From NCBI GenBank assembly GCA_951406725.2, contig OX597816.1, forward strand, positions 100,564,001-100,628,000: a stretch of DNA of 64,000 nt, read 5' to 3'. This document shows, piece by piece, positions 51,653 to 64,000 of this stretch (positions within the stretch are counted from its first letter, which is position 1; the number at the start of each line of letters is the position of its first letter). The stretch comes from Octopus vulgaris. Taxonomy: Eukaryota. The position numbers and the translations under genes are program-made. The notes under the pieces are model-generated. The model saw only the letters and a list, made by a program, of their open reading frames with translations, searched no databases and had not been told where the DNA came from.

Positions 51653-52020
51653 GGCATAGGAGTGGCTGTGTGGTAAGTAGCTTGCTTACCAATGACATGG
51701 TTCCGGGTTCAGTCCCACTACATGGCACCTTGGGCAAGTGTCTCCTACTATAGCCTCGAGCCAACCAATGCCTTGTGAGTGGATTTGGTAGACAGAAACT
51801 GAAAGAAGCCCGTCGTATATATGTATATATTTATATATATGTATGTTTGTGTATCTGTGTTTGTTCCCCCAACATCGCTTGACAACTGATGCTGGTGTGT
51901 TTACATCCCCATAACATAGCAGTTTATTCATAACAAAGAATAATTCCTGGGGTCAATTTGCTCGACTAAAGGCGGTGCTCAAGCATGGTCACAGTCAAAT
52001 GACTGAAACAAGTAAAAAGG
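51653..52020 (+). mobile_element. Family C SINE
   Basis: GGCATAGGAGTGGCTGTGTGGTAAG...GGTTCAGTCCC...CACCTTGGGCAAGTG (CORE)...GACTGAAACAAGTAAAA. Confidence 0.9.
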
Positions 52021-52319
52021 TAATTATATATGCTAATAATATTCGTCAGTTGCAACTCTTGACAGAAGTATTGCTGTTTTCATGACCGAGTGGAATTTCA
52101 ATGATGCACAGACTGGATGCTACAAAGTATCTTGTCCAAAAACTGTAACAGTTCTGCCAAATATATATATATATACACACACACGTGTGTGTGTGCATAT
52201 ATGTGTGAGTATATGTGTCATACAACAGAGGAATCACATGTAGTATAAGAGAGACAACTGTGCTGGTTTGATTATGCAATGCATAAGGATAGCTCCATAA
52301 AGTGTCAGTCACATACACT

Positions 52320-52830
52320 AGATAAAACTTGTTGAAGAGGGAGACCCAGGGAGATTTAGGATGAAGTAATTAAGGCTAATCTCAAGATGCTGAGCCTCAC
52401 AGAAATTACAGAAGACCAAGATGACTGGTGATTCACTGTACTTGAGAAAACCTGTCCACCACAGCAAAAATGATATCCTAAAAGCATTCTATGTGTGGTA
52501 GTAGTCTATTCTCTCCTATTCTCATTCTCTTCACACCTAGCCCTTTAGCGCTCATCTATCTATAGAACTTTCTTTGTACTGCTAGTAAACCCCTTGGAAC
52601 CACTTACATCTTTTATTCCAATTAGCCTCCCTTCCCCACCCAAACTATCCCCTCATCCCCCAATTACCTGCTTTCTATGTCTTCACTTATCTTTTACCTC
52701 TGCCATGTACCATTTAACACCATAAACCTGCCCCTCTACAGCCACCTTTATGTGCACCTAAATCGCCCTCCTTACCATACCTACACCTTGCACATCATCC
52801 CTTACTTTCTGAGCAATCTATGTGTCTGCT
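52320..52830 (+). mobile_element. RTE LINE ORF end plus 3' UTR remnant
   Basis: Broken DEVIKANLKMLSLTE..EDQDDW.FTVLEKTC, then a pyrimidine-rich tract. Confidence 0.6.
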
Positions 52831-53167
52831 TACATGCACACACACACACACACATATATATGTGTGTGTGTGTGTGCAGTGTACTTGTATACCTATATTA
52901 TTTTTTTTAACACATGACCATTTGAAGCTGTTAAAGTTGTTTCCCTTCATATGTTTTACTTTTTAAATTATTTAACATATGCTAGAATTGTTCATTTTTT
53001 CTTTTTTTGAAAGGTCATCTTGCCATCTTCTTTAATGTACAGTGGTCAACTAATGCTTTTATGTTCATAAATTCATCAATTCTGATAATCAGATTAATGC
53101 TCTCCTTTTTCTTATTAGTGAATCTAAGCAATATATATAATACACTATGCTATTAATGTATTTAACC

Positions 53168-53225
<58 letters not shown>

Positions 53226-55515
53226 ATGCATAAAAGAGGGATGACCACTAGGTGGACATATAATATGCTAAATGTAGACCCTATATGGTCTGACCATTAA
53301 GAAAATAATAAATATACCCTGTGTGACATTTGTTATACTCTAGTTGCACTGGTAATTGTCTGTCACTCTCATCATCAGAGATGTAATGAACCAATGATTA
53401 GATTATTGATAACCAAATGTGATATCAAATAAGCGTCCATCTTCAGAAGTTAATGGTAAATGAATTTTCATTATTAACTTAAAGCTGTCACATGCATGTT
53501 GATAATTTACATGTGTGTGTGTGAATTTAAAGATATGTTACTCTACTACTCTATTCATATTACTAGAGCTTTTCCTAACCAATGGAAGACTATAGATGCC
53601 AATGAAACACTAATCTACAGAAAATAGTGGCTATGATCTAGTTCGCACTCTTCAGAAGATGAAGAATTTGACACATTCTATTGATTCTGTTCTGTCAATA
53701 ATGAAAAAAATGTTCCACCTGTTTCTATATATATGTTTGTGTAGATGCAGGAATTATTGAGTGTGCATGTGAATGAATGTTTATGATGTGTGCATGCTAA
53801 TATATACACATACACACACATGCATGCACATATGCATATGTGCACATATATTTAAATTATAGCAGTTTTCTTGTACTACCAACATAGAAATACTGAGCAA
53901 GCAATACCTTTTCACTGTGAAGACCATATGTTGAAAATTATTTTCTTTTTACCATAGACAAGATTATAAGTTCTGTCCAAAAAGTTACAGGACTTTTTTA
54001 AAAATACCAAGTTATTGCTTTACTTATAATTTAATTACACTTGTCTCCTTTAAGGTAGTTCCCTTTTCTTTTGATACTTTTATGGTGCATTTTTGAAAAT
54101 CTCTTGTTTTCTGAAACCAACAACCTTTCAGCTTGGTCTGCTTTATTTGGAAACTCTCAACAACCGATAGATAACCAATGAATTACCAAAGCATAAATCT
54201 AAACAGAGTCAAGGCAATAAATCAAGTACCATGCATGTACATGCACTGAAACTCGTTTAAGTCTCCTTTTAAAATAGTGAGTTTATCTGACTAAAAATAC
54301 AAATACATATCAATTATGATAATAACACCACATGTATGTGGTGAATTTATTCACATGTAACATATACAAATAAATCTAACATACAAATTTATGCAACTAT
54401 TCCCATACATATAAATGCATATAATGATATGCTGAGACATAGCATATCATGAAAACTGAAATACTTGATTTTACTACCTGTCAGTCTTCCACTCAGGAGT
54501 GAGAGTGGGAAGCTGCTATGATATTTTTTCTGCTTTGTAGCCTATTTAATGTAAAATCATAGGAATGTTATGATTTGAAAGTATTGTTGTACTTTGGAAA
54601 GAGATCAGCCTTCAGGCATCTTTGACTTGGGTATTTATATCTTGTGCAATAAATTGCTAGCTGATTGATTTTAAATTGAGTGATCATCAGAATGGACCTG
54701 TCTCTTCAATTTTACAGATTAAAATGTTTATCATTTTATACTTACATGGTTTCTATTAGAAATACCAAAAATTATACTGAGAATTTAGTTTGTAGTGTGT
54801 GATCCTGCTGACATATGGTTTTAAGAAGGCTTAAATTCTCAATTCACATGAGAAAAGATTTCCATGATAAACTCTCTGAATTATTGATTTCAATCCCAAC
54901 AGGAATTAAATTACATATAGCTTCCAGAAAATACCTCAGCCCTTTGCTTTACATCTTGTGCATATTCTGTCATGCATATAAAATAGTCATTCAAATTCTG
55001 TATGAATATGGCAGACAGATAAACCCACACTATGTTGAATATCTTACAATAAGATGTTAAAGAAGGAAGGATTATGAACTGTGTAAATATATTTTGTGAA
55101 AGTGTGAAAATCAAAACCTTAATAATTATTGAAAGGTTTGAAGGTTTGTAATGAAAGGCTTGAAGTGGCAATAGTTTTAATGCAAAACATTAAAAACCAT
55201 ATGGTTGTTACAACTAAAGGCTGTCAGTAACAGTTTACTTCTAATTCTTTTGTTCTTTTGCAACTAAGAGTAATCCTAATGCAACTGATGTAAGTACAAC
55301 TTAGTCGTTGAGGATTTTCAAGAATGCATTGTATATTTAGCATATTTCTTTCTTTTTTTCTTACCAAGCACAAACATGATTCCTCACTCATTTTCACTTG
55401 CTGTAATTTAAGCATGTGTTGTTCTTCAGATAGCCTATATAACTAAAGAATCCTGCATGTAGAATCAAATACATATGTTTTGAATGTTTTCAAAGTCAAA
55501 ACAATGCAACATACA

Positions 55516-55731
55516 AGAAAGAATACAAGTTGATGGTTTACCTTGTATTTCAGAGTTAGGACCCCTTCTTCAGGAAATTTCCAGAGAAATGGTGTTACGT
55601 GCATTCTACAGAACAGAGAAGTTAGCTCATGAGCTCTCAACACCATTACACTGAAGATTTCCTGAAGGGTCCTGACCTTTAAATACTGAAAACAATGTAA
55701 AAGAACAAACCATTGACTTGTGTTACTTCTT
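55516..55731. repeat. Old imperfect inverted repeat (~215 bp) with HHR-like remnant
   Basis: AAGAAAGAATACAAGTTGATGGTTT, GTATTTCAGAGTTAGGACCC and TTCAGGAAAT..AATGGTGTT pair with reverse-complement counterparts. Minus strand carries CUGAAGA AGGGGUCCUAACUCU GAAA. Confidence 0.6.
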
Positions 55732-55984
55732 ATAACGCGTATTGTTTAGAGAAACAATACGAGTTATAAAACTGACTTGCTCACTGATACACTACAGTTT
55801 TTGTTATGAAAGAGCTGCCTTACACACCTACAACAGCACTATGATTGGCTACTAAAACAACAGCTCAACCATTTAAATGTGAATGTAATATATCTCAACT
55901 TTGCAAAGTTCATAATTTGATCATGGAATATATCATAAACTGCATAACCTAGACATATTTGGAAATGTAGCAGTCAGATAGCTG

Positions 55985-56160
55985 CAGCCAATAGTGTTCC
56001 TTCTGAGGAGACATCAATTTGTAGTGGAGTCCCTCGGAGAACTGTACTGGAACCAATACTGATTGTGGTGGCTCTCAGATATGCGCTCAGTCATATGTTA
56101 GCGTCTTTCACCAGCTACACTGACAAATAAGAAGAATCACAAACATTCAAGAATCTTGAT
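55985..56160 (+). mobile_element. Very old LINE RT fragment (CR1/L2/Jockey-like)
   Basis: SEETSICSGVPRRTVLEPIL resembles SGVPQGSVLGPLL. Confidence 0.5.
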
Positions 56161-59100
56161 GATTATTCATAACTACAGGAAGACTAGAATATGATATATT
56201 TGTTGTTATTATTAGTTCCCTTTACATGACCTTCATTAATTTCATTATTGTTGTTTGTAGTACTACTATTATTAAGATTCTATGTATATCTATTTTTACT
56301 TGTATTATATTCTTACCTTGACTTATCATAATCATTATAATGGCCTTGATTATTTTTCCTCTTTTATTAAGTTATCAGAAGTAACAATTCAATAATTTCA
56401 CTGTGTACCTGTTAAAAATCTTATGGTATATGTTAGATTTTGGAAAATACTTATACAATGCAACAAAGAATTTTCTGAGTCACAAATATCATTCAAGGTT
56501 GCTAAGGAATTGTTAGGAAGAAAGCATGACTAAAGATCCATATAACAGAGATGCATGGTAGGGTGGTATGGCAAATGGATTTTACATATTTTCAAACATG
56601 ATTTTAGATAGAAAATAAGAGATTTGTGAAGGGAAATAGAATGTGTTGAAAAAGATTCATTAGATCAAAGTTTAACAACAATTAAGACATTGAGCATTGA
56701 TGTAGAGAAAAGATGATCTGTACTGCAGATGTTATCACATTCTTTGAAACTTTAACATTGTTGTTAAAAAGAAAAGTGCATGCTTGTTAGAATCATAGAA
56801 TAGGAAACAAAGGTTTCTGTATTGTCACAATCTGCTACATCAATCCTGGCACTGATCCTATATTGAAGTTTATGGCATTGGATGGATCTTTTGTAATTTG
56901 AACTCTCAGGTGGGACACTAGTTACATACTGATTGAGGAGAGATGGGATTATGTATAACTTGCAATGCAGCTTTGTAATGTGTTACACATGAATTTTGAT
57001 CTCTGAACCAAATACCTTAGCCTTTCACTAGAAAATGATTTCCACCAGTACCATCTTATAATGGCATTACACAAATTAAATTCTTGAAAGAAATAACACT
57101 TCAAGATTGACCTTCAAGGTTCACCTTCAGAGTTAATTAAATGCACCCAATATTTAAAAAATGATGTTAGGCCTAGCTGTGTTTTATCCCCCACCCTACC
57201 TGAAATAAGGGAAGATTTTTTTTTCATGGCACTTATTTGAAAAGTTGCCTGACAGGACACACAGCCTCATTTTCTCTTTGCTGGTTATTTCCATTTCAGA
57301 ATGAGCAGACTCCTAGGCAGGCTGGCTTCACAGGAGTTATAGAGCCACATTTTCCTTTAAGTTATTCTCATTATCCCTAACAAAATTAATAAATGACTTA
57401 CACATTTCCTTAACCCTATCAGCTCCATTTTCCCTCTTCTCTCCGCTCTTAATCATTCTTTTTTTATACATACAAACACAAAACTCATGTAAAATTATCT
57501 TCATTCTAGTGAATTATGTATAAAGCATAAAAATGAATATTTCAGGTTTATAGAATAATTATCTTAAGATTTTTCAGACAAGTGACTTAGAAGAAATGAG
57601 AAAACCCTTTAAATATGGAAAAACTAAATTCATTTCAGCCATTCATTGATAAGCAAATAAACAAGTTTGGTTTTCTTTCTTTTAAATCATCTCATTGAAT
57701 TGACTAAACCCACTGCTCTTTTTGCTTGATTTCATTATTTGTTTATACAGCTTTTTGTTTTGTGATTTTGAACTGGCAATAGGCTGTGTTTATCTCTTCA
57801 GTTTCATACTTGGAATTGGAATATTTCTCTGTATGCTTGTAGTATAATAGGAATAACCAGAAAACATCCCCCATTAACCAGTCTTCTAATGTAAAGCATT
57901 AAGCTGCTATGCAGTACACAGAATTTAGATGTTTCTTATGCAACCAGTTTGATGTTTATCGCACAGTAGTGTAGCTGTATTTGATTGGATATTTTCTTTT
58001 CTGCTAGTTACATTTAGAATTCTTTGTTATATCAACTTGTTTGTTTTGTTTATTAATTTATAACAAACAATGGACTAGAAATATGATAGATGAGTTAGAG
58101 GAATATGTATGTTTATTTGTAAATATGTATAAATATATATGTGCTAAAGTGTGTGTGTGTACAACTGCAGTAGATAAAAATGCATAGAAAAGCTTGTTTT
58201 TTCAGAATGAAGAACAATAATTTTTTTTTGAGTGATCTAGGTGCTTGTAAATAAAAAAATAAGTGAGATAGAAAACAGCTTAAAGATGACGAGAATTTTA
58301 TAGCATTGCATATGATAGGGCTAACTAGAATTCTGTCAAGACTAATTATCTCATTCATATTAATAAGGGAAGTGGGTAAATTGAGTAGAGGGATTTTATG
58401 CAAAACAAGTAGAAGAACAGGTTTCAGCATTCATAAGACAGTAGCTTAGAGTTGTAGTTAACAGGAGACTTAAATAAATGGTTTTATTTGAAGAAGAGTC
58501 AATATTGGTTGGAAGAATCTTTCATCTTCTTGATGATGTTCTTATGGTAATTGTGGCTGGCAACAAAAGGCTTGATTTTCCAGTCACTGATACTTTTCAA
58601 ACTTTGAGCTTTAGGAGATTTTTGTATGGTCTATCAATCTGCTAGAAATACTAACCAAATTCCATCATATCACATCCTCTTGTCTTATTATATGCGATAG
58701 CTTTGTACCTCATGACAGAACCAGGATTGGTGTATGAAGGGAGCAAGATAATGTTGATAGATTGAACTAAGAGTGTGGTAGGAGAAGAGAATGACAAATT
58801 TAATAGAGGTAGACAGTGTTAAGAGTAATGGATGTTAGTAACAAATAGCAAAGGAGAAGCAGAAATGGTTGGCAGTTCTGAAAGGATTGGTGGTAGACTG
58901 TGGTAGGTGACAGAGGTAGCAGAATTGCTATTAGATAGGTTCTCTCATTATACAGTGAATAGCAGAAAGTGAGAGGGTTCCACAGGTCCTATAACATTCC
59001 TAATTATACATGTAGCATAATACAGTGAATAGGAGAGCTCCACTGCCATCCTTAGACACACTAGAAGCAGAGTATAGTGAAGAGAGGGTGAATGATAGAG

Positions 59101-61034
59101 AATGTAGACTAGAGTGAATTAACAGAATAAAAGGCCGATGGTCATGGTTGAAATGCTTTTGGTTATAGGTTTGCAAAGCTGGGCTATAAAATAACAACTT
59201 TCCAATGTTTGTTTTGTGTTTCGCAAAGTCATTTTTTGAAGAATACAGAATAGAAAAAACAGTTTACAAGAATTATATTTGTAGTGGGTCAGTTGACATA
59301 CATATTTACATATACTGATTATTATTAGAATAAAAAAGCAGACATTGTTTGGCTCATTAAAATGACTTGAATATCTTGAATATTCTGACTTGAATAAAAG
59401 TTTTAAAATGATTTTGAATATTATTTGTTTGGCTATATCCCCTTTACTAGTTAAAATTCACTATTATATGATCTATAATTTAATCTTATATATTCTATAA
59501 TTTGATCAAAAACAAAAAAAGTTATCAAAATTCACATGTTCTTTGGGTTTTTTTGTTATTATTAAACAGCATAAATTAATTTCCATATTGTTATTCATTA
59601 ACAGTGTTTGCCATTCAAATTATTAATAACATTTACTATTGAGTCCCTCAAACAATAAGTCCTAATTTGTGCCAGTGGCTAGCATAGCCTGAAGCAAATA
59701 AATCTTAATCTACTTTGAGAATCCTTGTCATCTTTGCAAGAAAATGAATTGGTCAGAAGTCATGGAATTTTAAAAGTTCCTTATTATTTTTATCTTCATC
59801 ATGATAATCATTGTTTCAAATATTTCCTTTTATATTAGAAGTATTATCTGATAGTATAGTATGGTTTCAACTTGTCAGAATAAGATTACTCAAATATACT
59901 GTAAAATATATATGCACTCGTAAACTTAAGAAGGTGCTTAAGTATCTATAAAATATTTCAACAGATCTTTATTGGTAAATTAATTTACCATAAAGCTTGT
60001 ATATGTATATTTGCATTGACTTATTGTTCTTTGCTGTATAGATTATATACACAGAAATCACTAGTGAAAGCTTGCATTTGAAACTCACAGATGTTTACAA
60101 GCAGAATTAAATTTTGCAACCACTCTAATAACTATGAAAACATTGCTAAATTCTACTGCTAAATTTAGCTTCTTTTGGCAATAATTTCACCAATTAGCTC
60201 CAACATCTAATCATGCTAGTATCAAATAAAGTAGTTGGTAATCTTCTTGTTATATTTCAGGAATTAGTCTTGGGGTTTCACACATTAATATCTTTTTTTT
60301 TTGTTTTCGATTCACAGGCATGTTTCTTAATTACTAGTAAAACAGACCTCTTGAACCATTAGTAGGTATGTGTGTGTGCATGTGAATGTGGAATGATGTA
60401 TACAAAAAAAAAAAAAGCAAGAGTAAGAAAGTAAACTATTTTGTATCATAAACAGTTTGACCATCATGGTTAGATTCTCTGAAATGCTATATATAGAGGG
60501 AATCTTTGCTAAAGATCTTCCAAAATTGCTTTTGATGTAGGATTCAATGCATCTTTTTCCAATTACTTTTCTGTTTTGGCATATTTTTGGAACTATTTTC
60601 TTAACATTACAAATATTAATAAATCAATATATATTAGTAACTGGAAGACCTTACAGCTTAAAAAAAAAAAATTAACTGTCTTAATCAACATGTGTATAGA
60701 TGCTGCAATTTTGTTTAACCCTTTTTATAATTTTATTTAAATACTCTCGGTAAAAGTGACATGATGTTACTAGATAGTTGTCTTCTAATCAGTGCCTGTG
60801 TTTCCAGTTATGCTACTGGCCAACCACTTTTAGCAATTACTATTTAATGTCTACACCATTTGGAGAAAGATTACAAAAAGCTAGTATTAGTGGAAAATAT
60901 TTGTAAGCAGACATAATGAGTTGAGTGAGGAAGATTGGCTACAATTTGTATGATTAGTGAAAGTTAAATAGTCTGACTGATTTTGTTCTACTGGCAAAAT
61001 AGCCTATTTCTCATCAGTATTTGTAAATTTACAG

Positions 61035-61162
61035 GTGCTGGAGCTCACATACGCACAAGTGCTGGCATAGGAAGTAGTGGCTGTGGTACAGCTGGTAAAC
61101 AGAGTGATTACATAGTCCAGTTTGGGGATGCTCTTGATGTCAAACCCTATCTTAGTATTGAG
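61035..61162 (+). CDS. Internal coding exon of an unidentified host gene (phase 1 to phase 0)
   Basis: tttacag| acceptor and GAG|gtaagt donor. 128 nt, GC higher than flanks, a single open frame: (x)AGAHIRTSAGIGSSGCGTAGKQSDYIVQFGDALDVKPYLSIE. Confidence 0.75.
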
Positions 61163-61475
61163 GTAAGTATTATTTATCTATGAATCAACATTTCTTTTCA
61201 CAATTCTCTACTTTACTCAAGAAAAAAAGCTATACTTTTGTTGTTAGTCTCTTTCAAAACAAAAAAATTAAGTTGATTGCATGTATAAAATATTACTCAA
61301 ATACATGATATAAATTATTATATGTTACTTTAAAGTAGTTGAAAATAACTACTTATCATTTATTTCTTTTCTAAATTCCACTATTGCTTCAAATATTTGT
61401 GCACTTTTTATATATTTTAGTTACTTATTGATTTTACTAGTCTAGCATGAAATATTTGGATATATATATATATAA

Positions 61476-61515
<40 letters not shown>

Positions 61516-61517
<2 letters not shown>

Positions 61518-61830
61518 TAATAGTAATGATAAGACAGCAAAAGAATGACCTCGATATTATGTAAATAGAGGAATTTATCTGTAATATAATATGTGACTAT
61601 TATTCGGTTGCTATAATAAGATTCCGAGTTTCGGGTATCACGACAGAAACCTGCTCCGGCATCTCTTCAGTTATCGAGGCAATCAAAATATGCTATGAAA
61701 ATGACCATTAGACAAAGGGAAATTACTATGTTATTGACTGTTATTAAGAGAAAAAAGCTATTAGAATGACCGTTAAATAAGGGGAAAAACTGATGGAGGA
61801 AGTAAAAAGTGAAGAAGTAAAAATGCTCAT
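61516..61830 (-). mobile_element. Inverted pseudo-LTR of the adjacent PLE, with degenerate HHR (61615-61675)
   Basis: Abuts (TA)n. Minus strand reads GAUAA CUGAAGA...CCC GAAA CUCGGAA UC UUAUU, with stems II and III mismatched. Confidence 0.55.
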
Positions 61831-61879
61831 TGCAATCACATATGCGCGCATGTACCCTACTCAATATGTTGGGCAAGAC

Positions 61880-62690
61880 TTTTCTTGATGTATATTTTGC
61901 CATTTACAAAGATGATGGCCTAGCTTTAACCGCAAATACCAATGGATCAGCACAAGATCTGTTTAGGAAGGACATTATCCAAATGATGAAAACTTTCAGT
62001 CTTAGCATAACTACAGATACCAACCTGATGGTTGTCAATTTCCTAGATGTATCCTTAGATCTAAATAAGAATATTTATGAACCTTATAGGAAGCCCGGTG
62101 ATAGACTTAGTTATATTAATGTGGGTTCCTGCCATCCCCCCATGGTGTTTAAAAATTTAGTTAAAAACATTAGCAGAAGAATTTCTAGCCTCTCCTCCGA
62201 TAGGGACATTTTCAATAGCATTACCCCAGTATATAATAATGCTTGCTCTAAAAGATAGTGGATTTAGCAAGGAAATAACCTATAGATCTGTCACCAGTCC
62301 AGTAATAAATAAAAGGAAACATATGAATAGGAAAACTATCTGGTTCACTCACCCCTACTCCCCCCAAAGTGACCATTAATATAGGAATTTCAAGGCCAGG
62401 TTCAACAATCACACCTTGAGCTTCAGGCACTGGGATAAAAGGAAAAGGACCAAAATTATCCAGTCATATATGGTCCTTAAAAGATAAAGGTGTCAATTAC
62501 AATACGTTGGAAGATCTTAACCAAGTGTAAGCCTTACACTAATGGCAGTAGAAAGTGCGGTCTTTGTGATATGGAAAGATGGCTCATCTGGAAAAGCAGC
62601 TTAGACCTTGCTACATGTCGAAATTCAAGAACTGAACTTTTTGGATCATGTTCACATAGCTAAATATTTGTTACATTTTTGGTCCCCCCA
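61880..62690 (+). mobile_element. Penelope-like retroelement, RT C-terminus plus endonuclease region, decayed (Naiad-like)
   Basis: YKDDGL, VVNFLDVSLDL..YEPYRKP..SCHPP. Then frameshifted TIWF..PYS, FKARFNNHTLSF, LSSHIWSLKD, CGLCDMER and NSRTEL..CSH. The GIY-YIG signature segment itself appears deleted. Confidence 0.9.
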
Positions 62691-62733
62691 GGATCGCAGA
62701 TAGAACCTGCTTTTTATATTGTGTCCATACATA

Positions 62734-63147
62734 GGTGTAGGAGTGGCTGTGTGGTAAGTAGCTTGCTTACGAACCACATGGTTCCGGGTTCAGTCCCACT
62801 GCGTGTCACCGTGGGTAAGTGTCTTCTACTATAGCCTCGGGCCGACCAAAGCCTTGTGAGTGGATTTGGTTGACAGAAACTGAAAGAAGCCTGTCGTATA
62901 AATGTATATATATATATATGTATGTGCATGTTTGTGTGTCTGTGTTTGTCCCCCCAACATCGCTTGACAACCGATGCTGGTATGTTTACATCCCCGTAAC
63001 TTAGCGATTCGGCAAAAGAGAGACCGATAAAATAAGTACTAGGTTTACAAAGAATAAGTCCTGGGGTCAATTTGATCGACTAAAGGCGGTGCTCCAGCAT
63101 GGCCACAGTCACATGACTGAAACAAGTAAAAGAGAGTAAAGAGAGTA
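62734..63147 (+). mobile_element. Family C SINE
   Basis: Full head, CORE, microsatellite and tail, as at 14875-15301. Confidence 0.9.
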
Positions 63148-63216
63148 TCTAAGCATTTTATCTCTCTATACTTTTTTTATATATATTTTTTATATATTTT
63201 CTACGAGTGGCTTATA

Positions 63217-63586
63217 GGCGCAGGAGTGGCTGTGTGGTAAGTAGCTTGCTAACCGACCACATGGTTCCAGGTTCAGTCCCACTGCGTGGCATCTTGGGCA
63301 AGTGTCTTCTGCTATAGCCCCGGGCCGACCAATGCCTTGTGAGTGGATTTGGTAGACGGAGACTGAAAGAAGCCTGTCGTATATATGTATATATATATAT
63401 ATATGTGTGTGTGTTTGTCCCCCTAGCATTGCTTGACAACCGATGCTGGTGTGTTTACGTCCCCGTCACTTAGCAGTTCGGCAAAAAAGAGACTGATGGA
63501 ATAAGTCGATTTGCTCGACTAAAGGCAGTGCTCCAGCATGGCCGCAGTCAAATGACTGAAACAAGTAAAAGAGAAAGAGAAAGAGA
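63217..63586 (+). mobile_element. Family C SINE with a small internal deletion
   Basis: GGCGCAGGAGTGGCTGTGTGG...GACTGAAACAAGTAAAAGAGA. Confidence 0.9.
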
Positions 63587-63610
63587 TATTTATAGATATA
63601 TTTTTCAGAA

Positions 63611-63998
63611 CATCCCGCTGTGCTTGAGGAGACCTGTTGAGTCAAGAAATGATCATCGAAATAAATATCAATGGAAATAGTAGTTGTGATACCTGTACCA
63701 ATGGCACATAAAAAGCACCATCCGAACGTGGCCGATGCCAGCTCTGCCTTGGCTGGCTTCCGTGCCAGTGGCATGTTAAAAGCACCAACCGATCGTGGCT
63801 GATGACGGACTCCCCTGGCACCTGTGCAGGTGGCACGTAAAAAGCACCCACTACACTCGCGGAGTGGTTGGCTTTAGGAAGGGCATCCAGCTGTAGAAAC
63901 ACTGCCAGATCAGACTGGAGCCTGGTGCAGCCCCTGGCTTCCCAGACCCCGGTCGAACCGTCCAACCCATGCTAGCACAGAAAACGGACGTTAAATGA
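63611..63998 (+). mobile_element. RTE-type LINE 3' end
   Basis: GCTGTGCTTGAGGAGACCTG (ORF end AVLEET), 3 internal repeats and the conserved tail. Confidence 0.85.
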
Positions 63999-64000
63999 AT

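Larger units (their letters stand above)
49990..54495. repeat. Long inverted duplication: ~49990-51322 and 53308-~54495, ~2-kb spacer
   Basis: Arms are reverse complements with scattered substitutions. The right arm lacks roughly 50397-50442 and 50690-50805. Confidence 0.95.

Noticed and set aside
49990-54495. Inverted duplication as an assembly artefact
   Set aside because: The arms differ by substitutions and two deletions and have a structured junction, which favours a real event. Long reads are still needed to exclude haplotype misjoining.
60318-60365. 48-nt segment with a good acceptor (cacag) and donor (AG|gtatgt)
   Set aside because: Stops in all three frames. It could only be a non-coding or poison exon, and there is no evidence for that.

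Overview
AT-rich, microsatellite-rich eukaryotic DNA. The SINE/LINE repertoire strongly resembles octopus/cephalopod genomes (inference from recalled repeat families, no search run). Only one convincing coding exon is visible (61035-61162, + strand, protein not identified), so most of the window is probably one very long intron or upstream region. It is filled with decayed mobile elements: tRNA-derived SINEs, RTE, R4/Dong and Penelope-like (PLE) retroelements, mariner/maT/Tigger transposons, Helitrons and fold-back elements. The main signal is a set of type I hammerhead ribozyme (HHR) motifs in several unrelated repeat contexts. Two are retrozyme-like non-coding repeats: a 353-bp circularly permuted unit present as 1.4 + 1.25 inverted copies in a (TA)n tract (37596-38533), and an older ~338-bp tandem array (8136-9027). 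Two local duplications of otherwise unique sequence (48.8-49.5 kb and 49.9-54.5 kb) show twin-priming geometry next to (TA)n and PLE-like ends. Nearly all ORFs in the supplied track are spurious.
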